Assembly: GCA_030603385.1 (NCBI GenBank)
Contig: JAUVXW010000025.1
Location: 1-63,884 of the forward strand
Length of the DNA stretch: 63,884 nucleotides
Origin: Promethearchaeota archaeon
GTDB lineage: Archaea > Asgardarchaeota > Lokiarchaeia > Sigyniarchaeales > SOKP01
Direction of reading: 5' to 3'
Position 1 is the first letter of the stretch; the number at the start of each line of letters is the position of its first letter. Shown here in pieces: positions 40,468-51,151 of the stretch. A program made the translations under genes and the position numbers. A model generated the notes under the pieces. That model worked only from the letters and a program-made list of their open reading frames with translations, was not told where the DNA came from and did not search any database.

Positions 40468-41844
40468 TTAAAAATCTAACTCAATTTTTTTTGCAATAGA
40501 ATATAATTTCTCTAATTTTATTAAATTTAAATCTGGTGTTTCAAATATTATGTGATTACAATCATATTTGCTGAAATCATATTCGATTATTTCAATCCCA
40601 AAATTTTCTCTTTGGTCCCATAATTGAGAGCCGGGATAAGGAGTTGCCACAAAATAGTTAATTTTATCACCTTTATCTAATGGCAATTTCCCAATATAAT
40701 CAATTGTTTTATTAAAAGTATCTTCTGTTTCTCCTGGTAACCCCAGAACAAAATAGGCTTGGACAGGGATTTTATGCTTTTTTAAGCTCAAAATTCCATT
40801 CTTTACCTTGGAGGGATCTTGATACTTAAAATTTTTCTCTAAAACTTCTATGTCTGCAGACTCAATTCCGGTTGCAATTAATCTGCATCCTGCTTTTTTT
40901 AATAAGCGAGCTTCTTCCTCGGATATTACATCTACACGAAGTTCACATCCCCAAGGAATTTCTATTTTGTTTTGTATAAACATCTTGCAAAATCCTCTAA
41001 AAAACTCTCTATTTATGTTGATGTTATCGTAAAAGTTGATATAACTATAAGTTTGCATAGAAATAATATCTCTTATTTCAGACAAAATCGATTCAATGCT
41101 CCTAATTTTAGTCTTTTTGAAAAGTTTTTGTCTTGAACAAAACGAACATTGATTAGGGCATCCTCTATTAACAATCACGTTAGCAACTGTATAGTAATAA
41201 TATTCATGAGATAATTTATAACGTGCTGGTAAAGGTAGACGTTTTAAATCAGTTGTAATTACAGCATTGTTTACTATAAGATTTCCTTTTGAGTTATTAA
41301 AAGCAATTCCTTGAATAGAGGATAAATTATCTTCAATATCCGCCAAATTCTTACTATTTGATATCTGAAAGATTAATAATTTAACCAATTTGAGAAAAGA
41401 ATTTTCGGATTCCCCGATACAAATGAAATCAATTAGATTTTCAGTTTTAAAATCGTTTTCTAATATTTCTTTATACATAAAAGTAACATGAGGCCCTCCT
41501 AGAACTACAAAATTATTCCTATCTTGTTCCTTTATAATTTTGGCGAGATCAAGAACAAGGTGGAAAGTATTGGTTAGAGATGTAACCCCAAAGATTTTAT
41601 ACGCTGAAATCTTTTCTCCTATTACTTTTTTTAACTCTATTTCGTCTAAATCTAAATATTGTTCAAGATCTAATATATCAACTGGAATATTGTTTGAATC
41701 TAAGACTGCTGCTAAATACAAGATGCCTAAATTAGGGTCTCTAAAAAATTTTCTTTGAACTTCAGAAGATTTTGAAGTTTTAGGATTGATTAGTAGAATC
41801 ATCTTTGGGTGAACTTTATTCTTTCTTAGTTGAATCTTCTTCAA
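40468..41844 (-). CDS. B12-binding radical SAM protein
   Basis: [31 protein letters not shown]. Confidence 0.92.
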   Translation of the reverse strand: MKKIQLRKNKVHPKMILLINPKTSKSSEVQRKFFRDPNLGILYLAAVLDSNNIPVDILDLEQYLDLDEIELKKVIGEKISAYKIFGVTSLTNTFHLVLDLAKIIKEQDRNNFVVLGGPHVTFMYKEILENDFKTENLIDFICIGESENSFLKLVKLLIFQISNSKNLADIEDNLSSIQGIAFNNSKGNLIVNNAVITTDLKRLPLPARYKLSHEYYYYTVANVIVNRGCPNQCSFCSRQKLFKKTKIRSIESILSEIRDIISMQTYSYINFYDNININREFFRGFCKMFIQNKIEIPWGCELRVDVISEEEARLLKKAGCRLIATGIESADIEVLEKNFKYQDPSKVKNGILSLKKHKIPVQAYFVLGLPGETEDTFNKTIDYIGKLPLDKGDKINYFVATPYPGSQLWDQRENFGIEIIEYDFSKYDCNHIIFETPDLNLIKLEKLYSIAKKIELDF

Positions 41845-42631
41845 TATTATCTTTAGGTAGTTGGTCTGGAATTTTAAAAGCTCTAATTAAATCTTCAAGA
41901 GAGCCGGGTTTATTAAATTTCTCTTCATAAATTACAGGCACTTGTAATTCCAAAGGAGTGGATTTATCATCTTTTTTAATATATAATTCTAATCCTTGTA
42001 TTTTTCTATCTTTAATAATCAATCTTGTCGAATAATTATGATCTTTAAAAAGAGTAAACCCATTGTTTAATCGTCCCAATTTTACAGGTTTTATCGAGAT
42101 TATTTCTTCTTTCACAAATGCTTCTGTAACTTCTTCATCTGTGAAAATTTGACCCCCTATTATTATGAATCTTCGAATTAAATTTTCTGGTTGTGGAAAT
42201 TGATTAATATATTCAATTGCCTTCTTTAAATGAGGATTTTGGATTGATGTATCTATAATATATTTATCTGGGGTTTTTTTTGAGAAATCTTTTTCTTCAA
42301 TGGATTTCGCACGTCCAGGACCTAATTGTTTATTCATAAGTTCTTGAAATTCTGTATCAGCTTGAGAATGCATATTCAAAGGATACACCCTATAAAATAA
42401 TTTTAACTGCTGCCGTAGCATTCCTGCTAGAATTCCACCATAGATTTGAACTTTAAGTGAACTTTGAGGCTCATTATAAGTCCAAATTCTCTTAGTATCG
42501 TGATCTACAAGTAAAAATACCTTACCATCGCTAGCATCACTTATTATATCGCTAACTAATACCCCCTCTATCACTTCTTTTGTTTCCATGAAAGGAAATT
42601 CTACTCGCTCAATTACTTCAAATATCTGCAT
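41816..42631 (-). CDS. Hypothetical protein with a gelsolin-like N-terminal domain
   Basis: [16 protein letters not shown]...S motif resembles the gelsolin fold. Confidence 0.5.
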   Translation of the reverse strand: MQIFEVIERVEFPFMETKEVIEGVLVSDIISDASDGKVFLLVDHDTKRIWTYNEPQSSLKVQIYGGILAGMLRQQLKLFYRVYPLNMHSQADTEFQELMNKQLGPGRAKSIEEKDFSKKTPDKYIIDTSIQNPHLKKAIEYINQFPQPENLIRRFIIIGGQIFTDEEVTEAFVKEEIISIKPVKLGRLNNGFTLFKDHNYSTRLIIKDRKIQGLELYIKKDDKSTPLELQVPVIYEEKFNKPGSLEDLIRAFKIPDQLPKDNIEEDSTKKE

Positions 42632-42805
42632 AATGGGTGATACATGAAATTCCTATATAATTTTTATAGGTTATTATAGTTAAAATAAATTGCATAAAAT
42701 GTAGATATACAGAAAATAAATCTAAACCCTAAATTCATAAAATTTTTATGAAAATATACATTTTTAAAGTTAATCTTGTTTATTCAACTTCGATTATGAT
42801 GCATC

Positions 42806-43210
42806 GTGTCTTCTGAAAAAATTGTTTATAAGTTAAATATAAGCGGTGGAAATAAAGGACCTGGAAAAGGATTGTCTAAACTAATTGAAATAGATGAAAA
42901 AAAGTTTAGATTTGAAGGAATGAAAATCGGGGATAACATCAAAGGAGGGCTCGTAGGATTTCCGAACTATGAGTTTGAAATTACGGGTGGAAGTGATTCG
43001 AGCGGATTTCCAATGAGAAAAGATGTACATGGACCAGTAAAGAAAAAGATTCTTGTCTCCAAACGTGGTATAGGATACAAACCCAGAAGAAAAGGTGAGA
43101 AAAAAAGAAAAATGGTAAGAGGCAATGAAGTAACCTTTGATATGACTCTGATCAATTTAAAAGTTGTTAAATACGGAGAAGCCGAACTTTTCAAGAAAGA
43201 AAAAGAATAA
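42806..43210 (+). CDS. rps6e: Ribosomal protein S6e
   Basis: ITGGSDSSGFPMR.DV.G, KMVRGN. Confidence 0.95.
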   Translation: MSSEKIVYKLNISGGNKGPGKGLSKLIEIDEKKFRFEGMKIGDNIKGGLVGFPNYEFEITGGSDSSGFPMRKDVHGPVKKKILVSKRGIGYKPRRKGEKKRKMVRGNEVTFDMTLINLKVVKYGEAELFKKEKE

Positions 43211-43232
43211 ATAAATTACCAAATGAAAAATC

Positions 43233-43415
43233 ATGGTTAAAGTTAAAAAATGCAGTTTCTGCGGTTATGATATACCAATTGGAAGGGGTCTAATGGTGAT
43301 CAGAAGAGACGGTACAATTTTAAATTTTTGTTGTAATAAATGCAGAAAATCAATGCTTGATTATAATAAAAAAGCAAGAAAAACAAGATGGACAGCTCAT
43401 TACGGAAAACAATGA
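43233..43415 (+). CDS. rpl24e: Ribosomal protein L24e
   Basis: CSFCG..I..GRG....DG....FC..KC..WT. Confidence 0.95.
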   Translation: MVKVKKCSFCGYDIPIGRGLMVIRRDGTILNFCCNKCRKSMLDYNKKARKTRWTAHYGKQ

Positions 43416-43477
43416 GTTTATATTTCTAGTTAATAATTTGGATTTTTTAAAAAATGTTTAAGAGCAATATAGTTTCC

Positions 43478-43678
43478 TTATTGTAATCGAGGAAATTTAA
43501 GTAATTCATCGATTAAGTCAACATGTGACACAATCATTCTTTTACAGCACCATCTCTCAATTCCTAGCTCCTTAAAAGCCTGCTCAGAGCTTTCCCCTTT
43601 CTCAATATATTCTAAATAAGGTTTGTATACGTGAGCAACGAGCTTACCGCATGAAAAACAACGGATCGGTATAATCAT
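43478..43678 (-). CDS. rpoN: RNA polymerase subunit N (Rpo10)
   Basis: MIIPIRCFSCGK..CCKRM. Confidence 0.97.
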   Translation of the reverse strand: MIIPIRCFSCGKLVAHVYKPYLEYIEKGESSEQAFKELGIERWCCKRMIVSHVDLIDELLKFPRLQ

Positions 43679-43831
43679 AATTTCAGTAAAGAACCATGGT
43701 AAAAAAATTTTTAGGTTTTACGTCCCAAATGAAAAATTTTATTTTTAATCTTGTATTAATTACTGTATCAAATATCGATGAATTATGAAAATATATTATA
43801 ATAAATGTATATTTGAAGGAGATGATTAAAA

Positions 43832-44203
43832 ATTTCATATATTAAATTTCAAGTCCCAGATAAATTAAAAACTTCACTAAAGACAGCATTAAGCAAAATT
43901 GCCGAATCTCGAGATTCTAAAATCCGAAAGGGAATGAACGAGGTTACCAAATCTATTGAAAGACAACTTGCAAAACTCATTGTTATGGCTGAGGATGTTA
44001 GTCCTCCAGAAATTCTATTCCATATTCCGCTTTTATGTGAAGAAAAAGGAATTCCTTATGCATACTTGTCAACTAAAAAAGAACTAGGAAATACAGTGAG
44101 AATTAATGTATCAGCAAGCGCTATTGCTATAGAGAACGTTGGAACAGGAAATGATGGCGTTTTAGATGATGTGATAAAGAAATTGGAAGAAATTAAAAAA
44201 TAA
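43832..44203 (+). CDS. rpl7ae: Ribosomal protein L7Ae (start extended upstream of the ORF track call)
   Basis: In-frame SYIKFQVPDKL..KIRKG precedes MNEVTK; AEDVSPPEI..HIP.LCEEKGIPY; probable ATT start. Confidence 0.9.
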   Translation: MSYIKFQVPDKLKTSLKTALSKIAESRDSKIRKGMNEVTKSIERQLAKLIVMAEDVSPPEILFHIPLLCEEKGIPYAYLSTKKELGNTVRINVSASAIAIENVGTGNDGVLDDVIKKLEEIKK

Positions 44204-44222
44204 ATAAACCTGGTGAAATTAT

Positions 44223-44468
44223 TTGGTTAAATTAGATAAATCAAAGGGAGTCCGTACTCAAGATCTATCCACACCCGCCCAAGTCATTCAAATAATTGGG
44301 CGAACTGGGCTCACAGGCGAAATCACTCAGATTAAAGTAAGGATTTTAGATGGACCTGATAGAAATCGCATCTTAACTAGAAACGTGAAAGGCCCTATTA
44401 GAATAAATGATATAGTAATCCTACGAGAAGTAGAAAGAGAGGCCCGTAAAATAAGAAAACGCCGATAA
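44223..44468 (+). CDS. rps28e: Ribosomal protein S28e
   Basis: IGRTG..GE..Q..RNVKGP....DI..LRE.EREA. Confidence 0.95.
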   Translation: MVKLDKSKGVRTQDLSTPAQVIQIIGRTGLTGEITQIKVRILDGPDRNRILTRNVKGPIRINDIVILREVEREARKIRKRR

Positions 44469-44506
44469 AATATATTTTTTATTTACAATTAATTATAATT
44501 ACCTAA

Positions 44507-45112
44507 TTATTTTTCCACCAAATGCTTTTTCTCTATTAAAATTTCAAGTTCTGATACAAGCCAACATAATTCTTCATAAGTGGAGGAGGATTTAAGAATT
44601 TCTTTAGTTTTTTTATTAATTTCCTTTTCCGAAGGTTCCTTATTTACTTTTAAAAGGGTTAATTGTAATTCAGCTAATCGTCTAGATAAATCCTCATAGG
44701 ATACTTTTTCGTTTGAAAGTTTATGGGCAGCAAGAGTTAATTCTGCTTCTAGATCCATTTCCAGTCCTGATTCAATGAGTTCTAAAGTGTCTTCAATTTC
44801 TAGTTCTAATTCCTCTCTCTTTTCTAAAGATGCATCTTCGTCTAAACCCTTCTTTAGAAGATCCATAATAGCAAGAAAAGCTCCAAATTCCTTATCCTGA
44901 TTAATAATTTGGATTTTAGCAGTTGTTTTCCGCTTATTATTTAAACTGTTTGCTCTTTTTTTACTAAAATCTCTCTTTCTTTTAGACGAATTTGAGCCAT
45001 ACCATAAGTATATTATTTTAAAATCATCAATTAAATAAACTTTAGTGTTGCTGAAATCAACTTTACTTATTTTCCTCATTGCCCCATTTTCATATACGCT
45101 ATATAATATCAC
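44507..45112 (-). CDS. Single gelsolin-like domain protein with a helical C-terminus
   Basis: VYLIDD...IYLWYGSNSS..K motif. Confidence 0.7.
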   Translation of the reverse strand: MILYSVYENGAMRKISKVDFSNTKVYLIDDFKIIYLWYGSNSSKRKRDFSKKRANSLNNKRKTTAKIQIINQDKEFGAFLAIMDLLKKGLDEDASLEKREELELEIEDTLELIESGLEMDLEAELTLAAHKLSNEKVSYEDLSRRLAELQLTLLKVNKEPSEKEINKKTKEILKSSSTYEELCWLVSELEILIEKKHLVEK

Positions 45113-45252
45113 AGTTCTTTTTTTCGTTTTTGAATTACTATAGTAAAACTAAGTAAAATAGAATTTTAAATTTTGACAACAAGAAAATGAAGAAATACTT
45201 TGATTTAACCATTTCAGAAAAATTTAGGTGTATTTATAATTTTGTAAATATT

Positions 45253-45462
45253 CTAAACATGCTCTTCAAAAAAACCTAATAATTTCAGATTTTTATACTC
45301 GTTGTGTAAAAATTCTCGTAGCGCAATACGAATTGCTTCAGATCGACTAGGGACTACCTTCATTTTTATGAGTTTCTGAATATTTTGATCATATATTTGA
45401 GGTAAATTAATAGTAATATTAACCATCTTAGGTTTAGTTTTCTTTTTCTCACTGCCCATCAT
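45253..45462 (-). CDS. Ribbon-helix-helix transcription regulator
   Basis: ITINLP..L...SRSEAIRIALREFL. Confidence 0.88.
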   Translation of the reverse strand: MMGSEKKKTKPKMVNITINLPQIYDQNIQKLIKMKVVPSRSEAIRIALREFLHNEYKNLKLLGFFEEHV

Positions 45463-45782
45463 TTATTTAACTCCAAACTATATGAATTTTAAATTGTTGT
45501 TGTTAACAAATGAAAAACTGAATAAGAAACTCAGATATATTCTTGTCCCTACTCTTTTCACTCTTTTCTAATAATATATAGTAAGTAAACTATTAATATA
45601 AATTTATTTATCCCTATTTAAAGTATTTAAAGATTCCAATATCAGATATAAATTATTTTGATTTTTTAATTATTTAGATGAACAATTTATATGAATAAAT
45701 AATAATATGATTGAAAATATTTTATTCTTATTAAAAAACCAACCAATCTTTAATAAACATCTCTTTAGATAAAATTTTTGAA

Positions 45783-46457
45783 TTATAATCTATCTTCTGA
45801 TTTCACATATCTGCCACGTGTCTCGATGGCATTAATATTTTTAATAATCTGATTACATTCATTCTTGTTTGTTTTCTCATATTCAGATCTATAACCTTCA
45901 AGAAAAGCTTTAAAACAGAATTCATAGTCATTTCCATGAGATGAAATCAATACTCTCTTAAGGAGATGAAGGTCTACGCTCTTGTCTTCTATTGTGTCAG
46001 AATAATCATGTAATCCAAAATCGATAAGAAAGATCTCTTCTTCCTTTGTAATTATTAAATTGCTAGTCGTAATATCACCATGGATATGCCCGTTTTTATG
46101 TAATGTAGCGACATCAGTTCCAATCTGTCTAAAATACTGATCTTTTTTATTATCCTCTAAGTTTTCTAAAAGATTTTTTAGTTTTTCTCCCTCAATATAT
46201 TTCATTATTATAGTTGGATTTTTAGTATCGATTTCATAAACTTGAGGGACATTTAAACCATAGGATTTAACCTTGATTAATGCTCTTGCTTCATTCAAAG
46301 TCCGTTCAGTTCGAATTCTTTTATCAATTTCTTCTAAACGATATTTTTTTGGAATTCGATATTTGAATATTACCTTTTTTCCAAACCAATAACCAAGCCA
46401 AAGACTAGCTTCAGCACCTTTATGAATTAATATCTCTTTATATATCTCAGAACTCAT
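45783..46457 (-). CDS. bud32: KEOPS kinase Bud32
   Basis: KGAEA, K.R..K.YR, HGDITTSN, IDFGL, RGRY. Confidence 0.95.
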   Translation of the reverse strand: MSSEIYKEILIHKGAEASLWLGYWFGKKVIFKYRIPKKYRLEEIDKRIRTERTLNEARALIKVKSYGLNVPQVYEIDTKNPTIIMKYIEGEKLKNLLENLEDNKKDQYFRQIGTDVATLHKNGHIHGDITTSNLIITKEEEIFLIDFGLHDYSDTIEDKSVDLHLLKRVLISSHGNDYEFCFKAFLEGYRSEYEKTNKNECNQIIKNINAIETRGRYVKSEDRL

Positions 46458-47482
46458 GTTTTCTTTTCAAGCCTCCATGGAACTGTAATATTATCCATCC
46501 TTTCTTTGGGTTTGATTATAGTTTCTGTCATTTCATGCCCACCTTCAGATAAATACCTTAAAATTCCAGTCCATGCTATCATTGCCCCATTATCTCCTGC
46601 ATACTTTAAAGGAACTACTTCAAATCGAGCATCATGTTCATCACTAATATATTGAATCATTTGCTGTAATCTTTTATTTGCTGCTACTCCACCTGTAAGT
46701 AATACCTCCTTTATCTCTGTATGAGCAAGTGCTCGTTCAGTTACTTCAGTTAACATAGCAAACGCAGTTTCTTGGAGTGAATTTGCAACATCATTTAAAT
46801 TATATTTGTTATTAAAATCTGGAGATTCTATTAATCGTTTAGCAGCTGTATAGATTCCTGAAAATGATAAATCCATTCCTTTAACAATATATGGTAATTG
46901 AATATATTTTTTTGATCTTAATGCCAATTTTTCGATCTTTGGTCCTCCAGGATGACTTAATCCAGCATCTCGAGCAAAAGAATCAATCATATTGCCGACT
47001 GCTAAATCAAGAGTTTCTCCAAAAATCTGATATCTGTTTGATTCGTAAGCACTAATAATAGTATTACCTCCGGAAACGTATAAAGTTAAGGGATCTTCAA
47101 TCTTACACATTAGACGTCCGATCTCTACATGTGCTATGCAATGATTCACACCTACAAGAGGGACTTTTAAAATCTGACTTAACATCCGGGCAACTAAAGC
47201 CCCTATTTTTAAGACAGGGGCTAAACCCGGACTTTGACTGAAGGCAACTAGATTAATGTCTTTTATTGATAAATTTGCTTCTAAAAGTGCTTTATCAATT
47301 ATTTTTGCAAAATTATTTAGGTGATGCTCTCGTACTAAAGCAGGATGGAGCCCACCTTTTTCAGGTATGAAAGTATCATTTATTAAGGTGTGTACTTCTC
47401 CTTTAAAGTCAACTATACCTACGCCCCAAGTGTGTGCCGTACTTTCAATACCTAAACAGAATTTTTTCATTAATTCCGCCAA
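46454..47482 (-). CDS. kae1: tRNA t6A threonylcarbamoyltransferase Kae1
   Basis: LGIESTAHT, VNHCIAHVE, LYVSGGNT, GGVAAN, DNGAMIAW. Confidence 0.96.
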   Translation of the reverse strand: MAELMKKFCLGIESTAHTWGVGIVDFKGEVHTLINDTFIPEKGGLHPALVREHHLNNFAKIIDKALLEANLSIKDINLVAFSQSPGLAPVLKIGALVARMLSQILKVPLVGVNHCIAHVEIGRLMCKIEDPLTLYVSGGNTIISAYESNRYQIFGETLDLAVGNMIDSFARDAGLSHPGGPKIEKLALRSKKYIQLPYIVKGMDLSFSGIYTAAKRLIESPDFNNKYNLNDVANSLQETAFAMLTEVTERALAHTEIKEVLLTGGVAANKRLQQMIQYISDEHDARFEVVPLKYAGDNGAMIAWTGILRYLSEGGHEMTETIIKPKERMDNITVPWRLEKKT

Positions 47483-47580
47483 AATTTACTAATAGAAACC
47501 TTAAAATCCTTAAATTGATAAAGAAATGTTTAAAAAAGATTTCAACCAAGAATTAAAGTATTTTTAATTTTGAGCCTAAT

Positions 47581-47796
47581 TTAACTCTCTAAAGATTTTA
47601 CACGTCTTCGAGGAGCCCTTCTAGCAGTCTTTCCTTTAGCAGCACCCTTTCTTTTAAATACAGCATAACCACATTTACCACAACTCCATCGGTCATAATG
47701 GTTTGCTAGAAAATAACTTGGTCCACATTTAGGACATGACCTATGAGTCCTTACTAACTTGTCCCCTTCGAGTTTATAATATTTTGATGCATCCAT
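47581..47796 (-). CDS. rps27ae: Ribosomal protein S27ae
   Basis: CPKCG..FLA.H.DR..CGKCG. Confidence 0.95.
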   Translation of the reverse strand: MDASKYYKLEGDKLVRTHRSCPKCGPSYFLANHYDRWSCGKCGYAVFKRKGAAKGKTARRAPRRRVKSLES

Positions 47797-47818
47797 TTCT
47801 AATATTAAATTCTTTTAA

Positions 47819-48169
47819 TTATTTAAATAAATGTTTGTAAGGTTCTTTTCTCCTTTTTAACTGATATATTTCGATTCGCTTTTCTTTCTCAAGATTGCGG
47901 ACTTTTATATGAAAAGGTTCAAAAAATTGAAGTTCCTTTGCATTATCATAGATATATACTTTTCCTATAGAATAAGATGCCCCAAAACGAGTATCAAGTT
48001 TTTTCACTATAGTTAATTTCTCATCAGAACCTTGTAATGCAGAGATTTTCTTTTTTATGTCCAATCGATTTGGAGTACTAGCCCCAAAATGATCAACTCT
48101 AAATGTTAACTCTATTCTATCGATTAATGGGTTTTTCTTTTCTTCAATAATTTCAATTTCAAATGACAT
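47819..48169 (-). CDS. rps24e: Ribosomal protein S24e
   Basis: NPLIDR.E, TPNR, T.FG...S.G...IY. Confidence 0.93.
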   Translation of the reverse strand: MSFEIEIIEEKKNPLIDRIELTFRVDHFGASTPNRLDIKKKISALQGSDEKLTIVKKLDTRFGASYSIGKVYIYDNAKELQFFEPFHIKVRNLEKEKRIEIYQLKRRKEPYKHLFK

Positions 48170-48321
48170 TTTGAACCTTTTTTTCTTGTGTTGCTTAAAT
48201 CCTATAAGCTATAATAAGATTCTATATGATTTATAGAAATCAAAAGAATAGATAGAAAATAAAATTTTGCTTTTTAGAATTATAAATCCTTTAATCAATG
48301 CTAAGAGATTAATAAAAGGAT

Positions 48322-48918
48322 TCAAAATTTTTCCATTATTGCTATAACTTTCCTTACTTTTTCTTGTATATTATTATCAATATTCACAATCACAATTCCT
48401 TCTGGAATTACAAATTTAGAATCTGTTATTGGTGGTTGGCCATAAAACGCAAAATTACCTCCTTGTTCTTCTATAGGAAGTTCTAAAATAAGAGGAAGTA
48501 TAAGCAAATCCTCTTCTCCTTCAGTTATCTTAATTAAGGATTTCTTACCAGAATCAATAACTTTCCTGAATAGCTCCCAACAACCTTTATGAATTGTACC
48601 AACAGGGTTTTGAAATTCAATAACATCTTCAAAAAAGCCTTTAAAATCAATATTGATTTGATTCCTTTGGGTTTTTTCATCAATCACACAGATTTTAATA
48701 AAGGATTTCAAAAAAAAATTAGAGAAGAAATCTTTTGCAACTATATCTCCTACAATGTAAAAATTTAAGGTTAAATTTGATTTTAAATAATCTCTGAAGA
48801 TATTTTCTACTTGAATAATTGTCTCTTCCCGAGTGCCAGCAATTAAAATATCAAGTGGTTCTGCAAATGAATGTCTTTTCTCTTGAGGAATTCTTAAATT
48901 GTAATCCATTGATATCAA
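48322..48918 (-). CDS. DUF359 family (GTP-dependent dephospho-CoA kinase)
   Basis: VGD.V, D.KT.R, NP.GTI, GEEDL, YGQP; conserved position after spt4. Confidence 0.88.
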   Translation of the reverse strand: MISMDYNLRIPQEKRHSFAEPLDILIAGTREETIIQVENIFRDYLKSNLTLNFYIVGDIVAKDFFSNFFLKSFIKICVIDEKTQRNQINIDFKGFFEDVIEFQNPVGTIHKGCWELFRKVIDSGKKSLIKITEGEEDLLILPLILELPIEEQGGNFAFYGQPPITDSKFVIPEGIVIVNIDNNIQEKVRKVIAIMEKF

Positions 48919-49030
48919 GTATTTTAAGAATAATAAATATAAAAAATGTTATAAAAATAAGTTAGAAAAAGCTCAATAAAATATATTACCCTACTTGAAT
49001 TTCGGGTTTATGTCGTTTAGATTAATCAAT

Positions 49031-49219
49031 TTAACGAACTCTTAAAGCGTACTTGCCAGGAAAATGGATTTTAAGATATTCTGCGAATTTAGACTCTTTT
49101 GGTTTGATAATTATGACCTGTCCTGTGAAATCCTCACTCAGAGTGTGTGTTTTACATTTAGGACATATAGTTTCGTTTTTAGTTATTAAATGGCAATTTT
49201 TGCATGCTTTTTCTTTCAC
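49031..49219 (-). CDS. spt4: Transcription elongation factor Spt4 (RpoE2)
   Basis: ACKNC..CPKC..PGKYALRVR. Confidence 0.93.
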   Translation of the reverse strand: MKEKACKNCHLITKNETICPKCKTHTLSEDFTGQVIIIKPKESKFAEYLKIHFPGKYALRVR

Positions 49220-49247
49220 TTAATCACCTAAAGTCTTTATACTTTAC

Positions 49248-49850
49248 TTAATCTGAAGTGCCTTCTTCTTCACTTACTTTTGTTTGTTCTGTCTGCTTTT
49301 TAGAATATTCTTCTTCAATATCATTTTCTATCCAAACTTCCTTTCCTAGAAATTTCTGCCTCATTGTCAAACCAAGTTTTCCGCTTCTTCCAGTACCTAA
49401 GGATACAGCAATTATTTTAGCTCTCACTTGATCATTTACTTCAAGGATTTTTCCAGTTTCTTTACCAATAAATCGGTTTCCAACTTGTTCATAAGAGATA
49501 TAGTCATCACAGATCTGAGATACATGAACTAATCCATCCAATGGGCCTAGTCGTATGAAAGAACCAAAATCAACAATTTCTACTACGGTTCCCTCAACAA
49601 CTTCTGAAACTGTTGGTTTAAACGTAAGGATTCTAAATTCTACCTCATGGAACGTGTTAGCGTTACCCGGTATTATTATTCCTTTTCCTACAGAAAGAAC
49701 ATCAACAACAGCTATAATGAATCCGTAGTCGCGAGTAATAATACCCTCATAATCTTCACTTAAGATTATTCGTGCACTCAAAGTTTTTTCTTGACCAAAA
49801 AGAAAAGGTGGTATTTCAATTTTTCCGCCAATAGTAAAAAGTTTAAACAT
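49248..49850 (-). CDS. rpoE1: RNA polymerase subunit E' (Rpo7)
   Basis: EVVEG.V.....FG.F..LGPLDGLVHVSQI, GLTMRQ. Confidence 0.96.
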   Translation of the reverse strand: MFKLFTIGGKIEIPPFLFGQEKTLSARIILSEDYEGIITRDYGFIIAVVDVLSVGKGIIIPGNANTFHEVEFRILTFKPTVSEVVEGTVVEIVDFGSFIRLGPLDGLVHVSQICDDYISYEQVGNRFIGKETGKILEVNDQVRAKIIAVSLGTGRSGKLGLTMRQKFLGKEVWIENDIEEEYSKKQTEQTKVSEEEGTSD

Positions 49851-50155
49851 ATGAATATACCCGTTAAATAAATGAAGTTTAACGAAGTCTTGTATTTTAG
49901 AATGAATTAAAAAATTAATAGTTTGTGGTTTTCTAATTCTATAAATATTGGAAAAAGAACTCTTTAATCCTTTATTCTAAAAAATAAATTGATAAATTAA
50001 AAAATTAACTTTTTTATAGCTATTCACAGTTCGAGGATAAAGATCTAGATTAATAAGTTTAAATGGTGGGACATCTCTTAAAAGATAGAGTTATTAAAGA
50101 TACTTTAATTTTTTTTAAATATTCTTTATAGATTTAATAAAAAAATAATGGAAAT

Positions 50156-50965
50156 TTGAATATGTCTGGTTATATTGGTAAGAAAATTAGATTGGAAAGA
50201 ATCATTAATAGAGAGACAAAAAGAACAATTATAATTCCCATGGATCATGGATTAACAGTAGGACCAATTAAAGGAATCGAAAAAGATTTAGGAGAAGTTG
50301 TAAATAAAATTGCTCTTGGTGGTGCTAATGCTGTTATAGGTCATGTTGGTATCCCTTTATATGCCCACAGGGGCTATGGTCCAGATATTGGATTAATTTT
50401 ACATTTATCAGGTTCAACCTCGTTAAGCCCAGATTCAAATTATAAAGTTTTGATAAATACCGTTTTAGAGGCTGTAAAATTTGGGGCAGATGGAGTTTCA
50501 ATTCATATTAATATTGGTACCAAGTCAGATCCCGAAATGTTAGAAATTTTAGGAAGTGTCTCAAGAGAATGCAGAGATCTGGGAATGCCACTCATAGCGA
50601 TGATGTATCCTAGAGGTGAAAATATAGAAAATGAACAAGATGTCGAGGTAGTTAAGATAGCTGCTAGAGTTGCAGCTGAATTAGGCGCCGATATAGTAAA
50701 AACCAATTGGACGGGGGATCCTGATTCCTTTAAAGAAGTTGCTGATGGTTGTATGGCACCAGTTATAATCGCAGGAGGAGAAAGGGCAGGAATAAGAGAT
50801 ATTTTAGAAATGACTAAGCAATCTGTTGAAGTGGGGGGTGCTGGTGTAGCATTTGGAAGGAATGTTTTCCAAGCAGATGATCCGACTAAATTTGTAAGAG
50901 CTCTATATTTGATTGTGCATAAAAATTACGATGTAGATGAAGCAATAAAAGAATTAAGTCTCTAA
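50156..50965 (+). CDS. 2-amino-3,7-dideoxy-D-threo-hept-6-ulosonate synthase / class I aldolase (DhnA family)
   Basis: PMDHG..GP, ILHLSGST, MMYPRG, ELGADIVKT, GRNVFQ. Confidence 0.9.
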   Translation: MNMSGYIGKKIRLERIINRETKRTIIIPMDHGLTVGPIKGIEKDLGEVVNKIALGGANAVIGHVGIPLYAHRGYGPDIGLILHLSGSTSLSPDSNYKVLINTVLEAVKFGADGVSIHINIGTKSDPEMLEILGSVSRECRDLGMPLIAMMYPRGENIENEQDVEVVKIAARVAAELGADIVKTNWTGDPDSFKEVADGCMAPVIIAGGERAGIRDILEMTKQSVEVGGAGVAFGRNVFQADDPTKFVRALYLIVHKNYDVDEAIKELSL

Positions 50966-50986
50966 ATTATAGGTTTTTTTATCATT

Positions 50987-51151
50987 TTAATGCGAATCTA
51001 TATATTTTAAATATTCCAAACATATCTCAACAAATTGACCTAATGCTTCTTTTTCAACATTTTCGGGTGTGTCTAGTCTTGTATGATAATAAGGAGGAAG
51101 TTCATCTTTTAAGTTAAGACCTCCTATCGAGGCTGCAGAGATTCCTTTTTT
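50987..51151 (-). pseudogene. Orphan 3' end of an M28-family peptidase gene
   Basis: KKGISAASIGGLNLKDELPPYYHTRLDTPENVEKEALGQFVEICLEYLKYIDSH*; YHT..DT motif; preceded by in-frame TGA. Confidence 0.6.

Noticed and set aside
47581-47796. Possible ubiquitin-S27a fusion
   Set aside because: No ubiquitin domain; only a basic C-terminal extension
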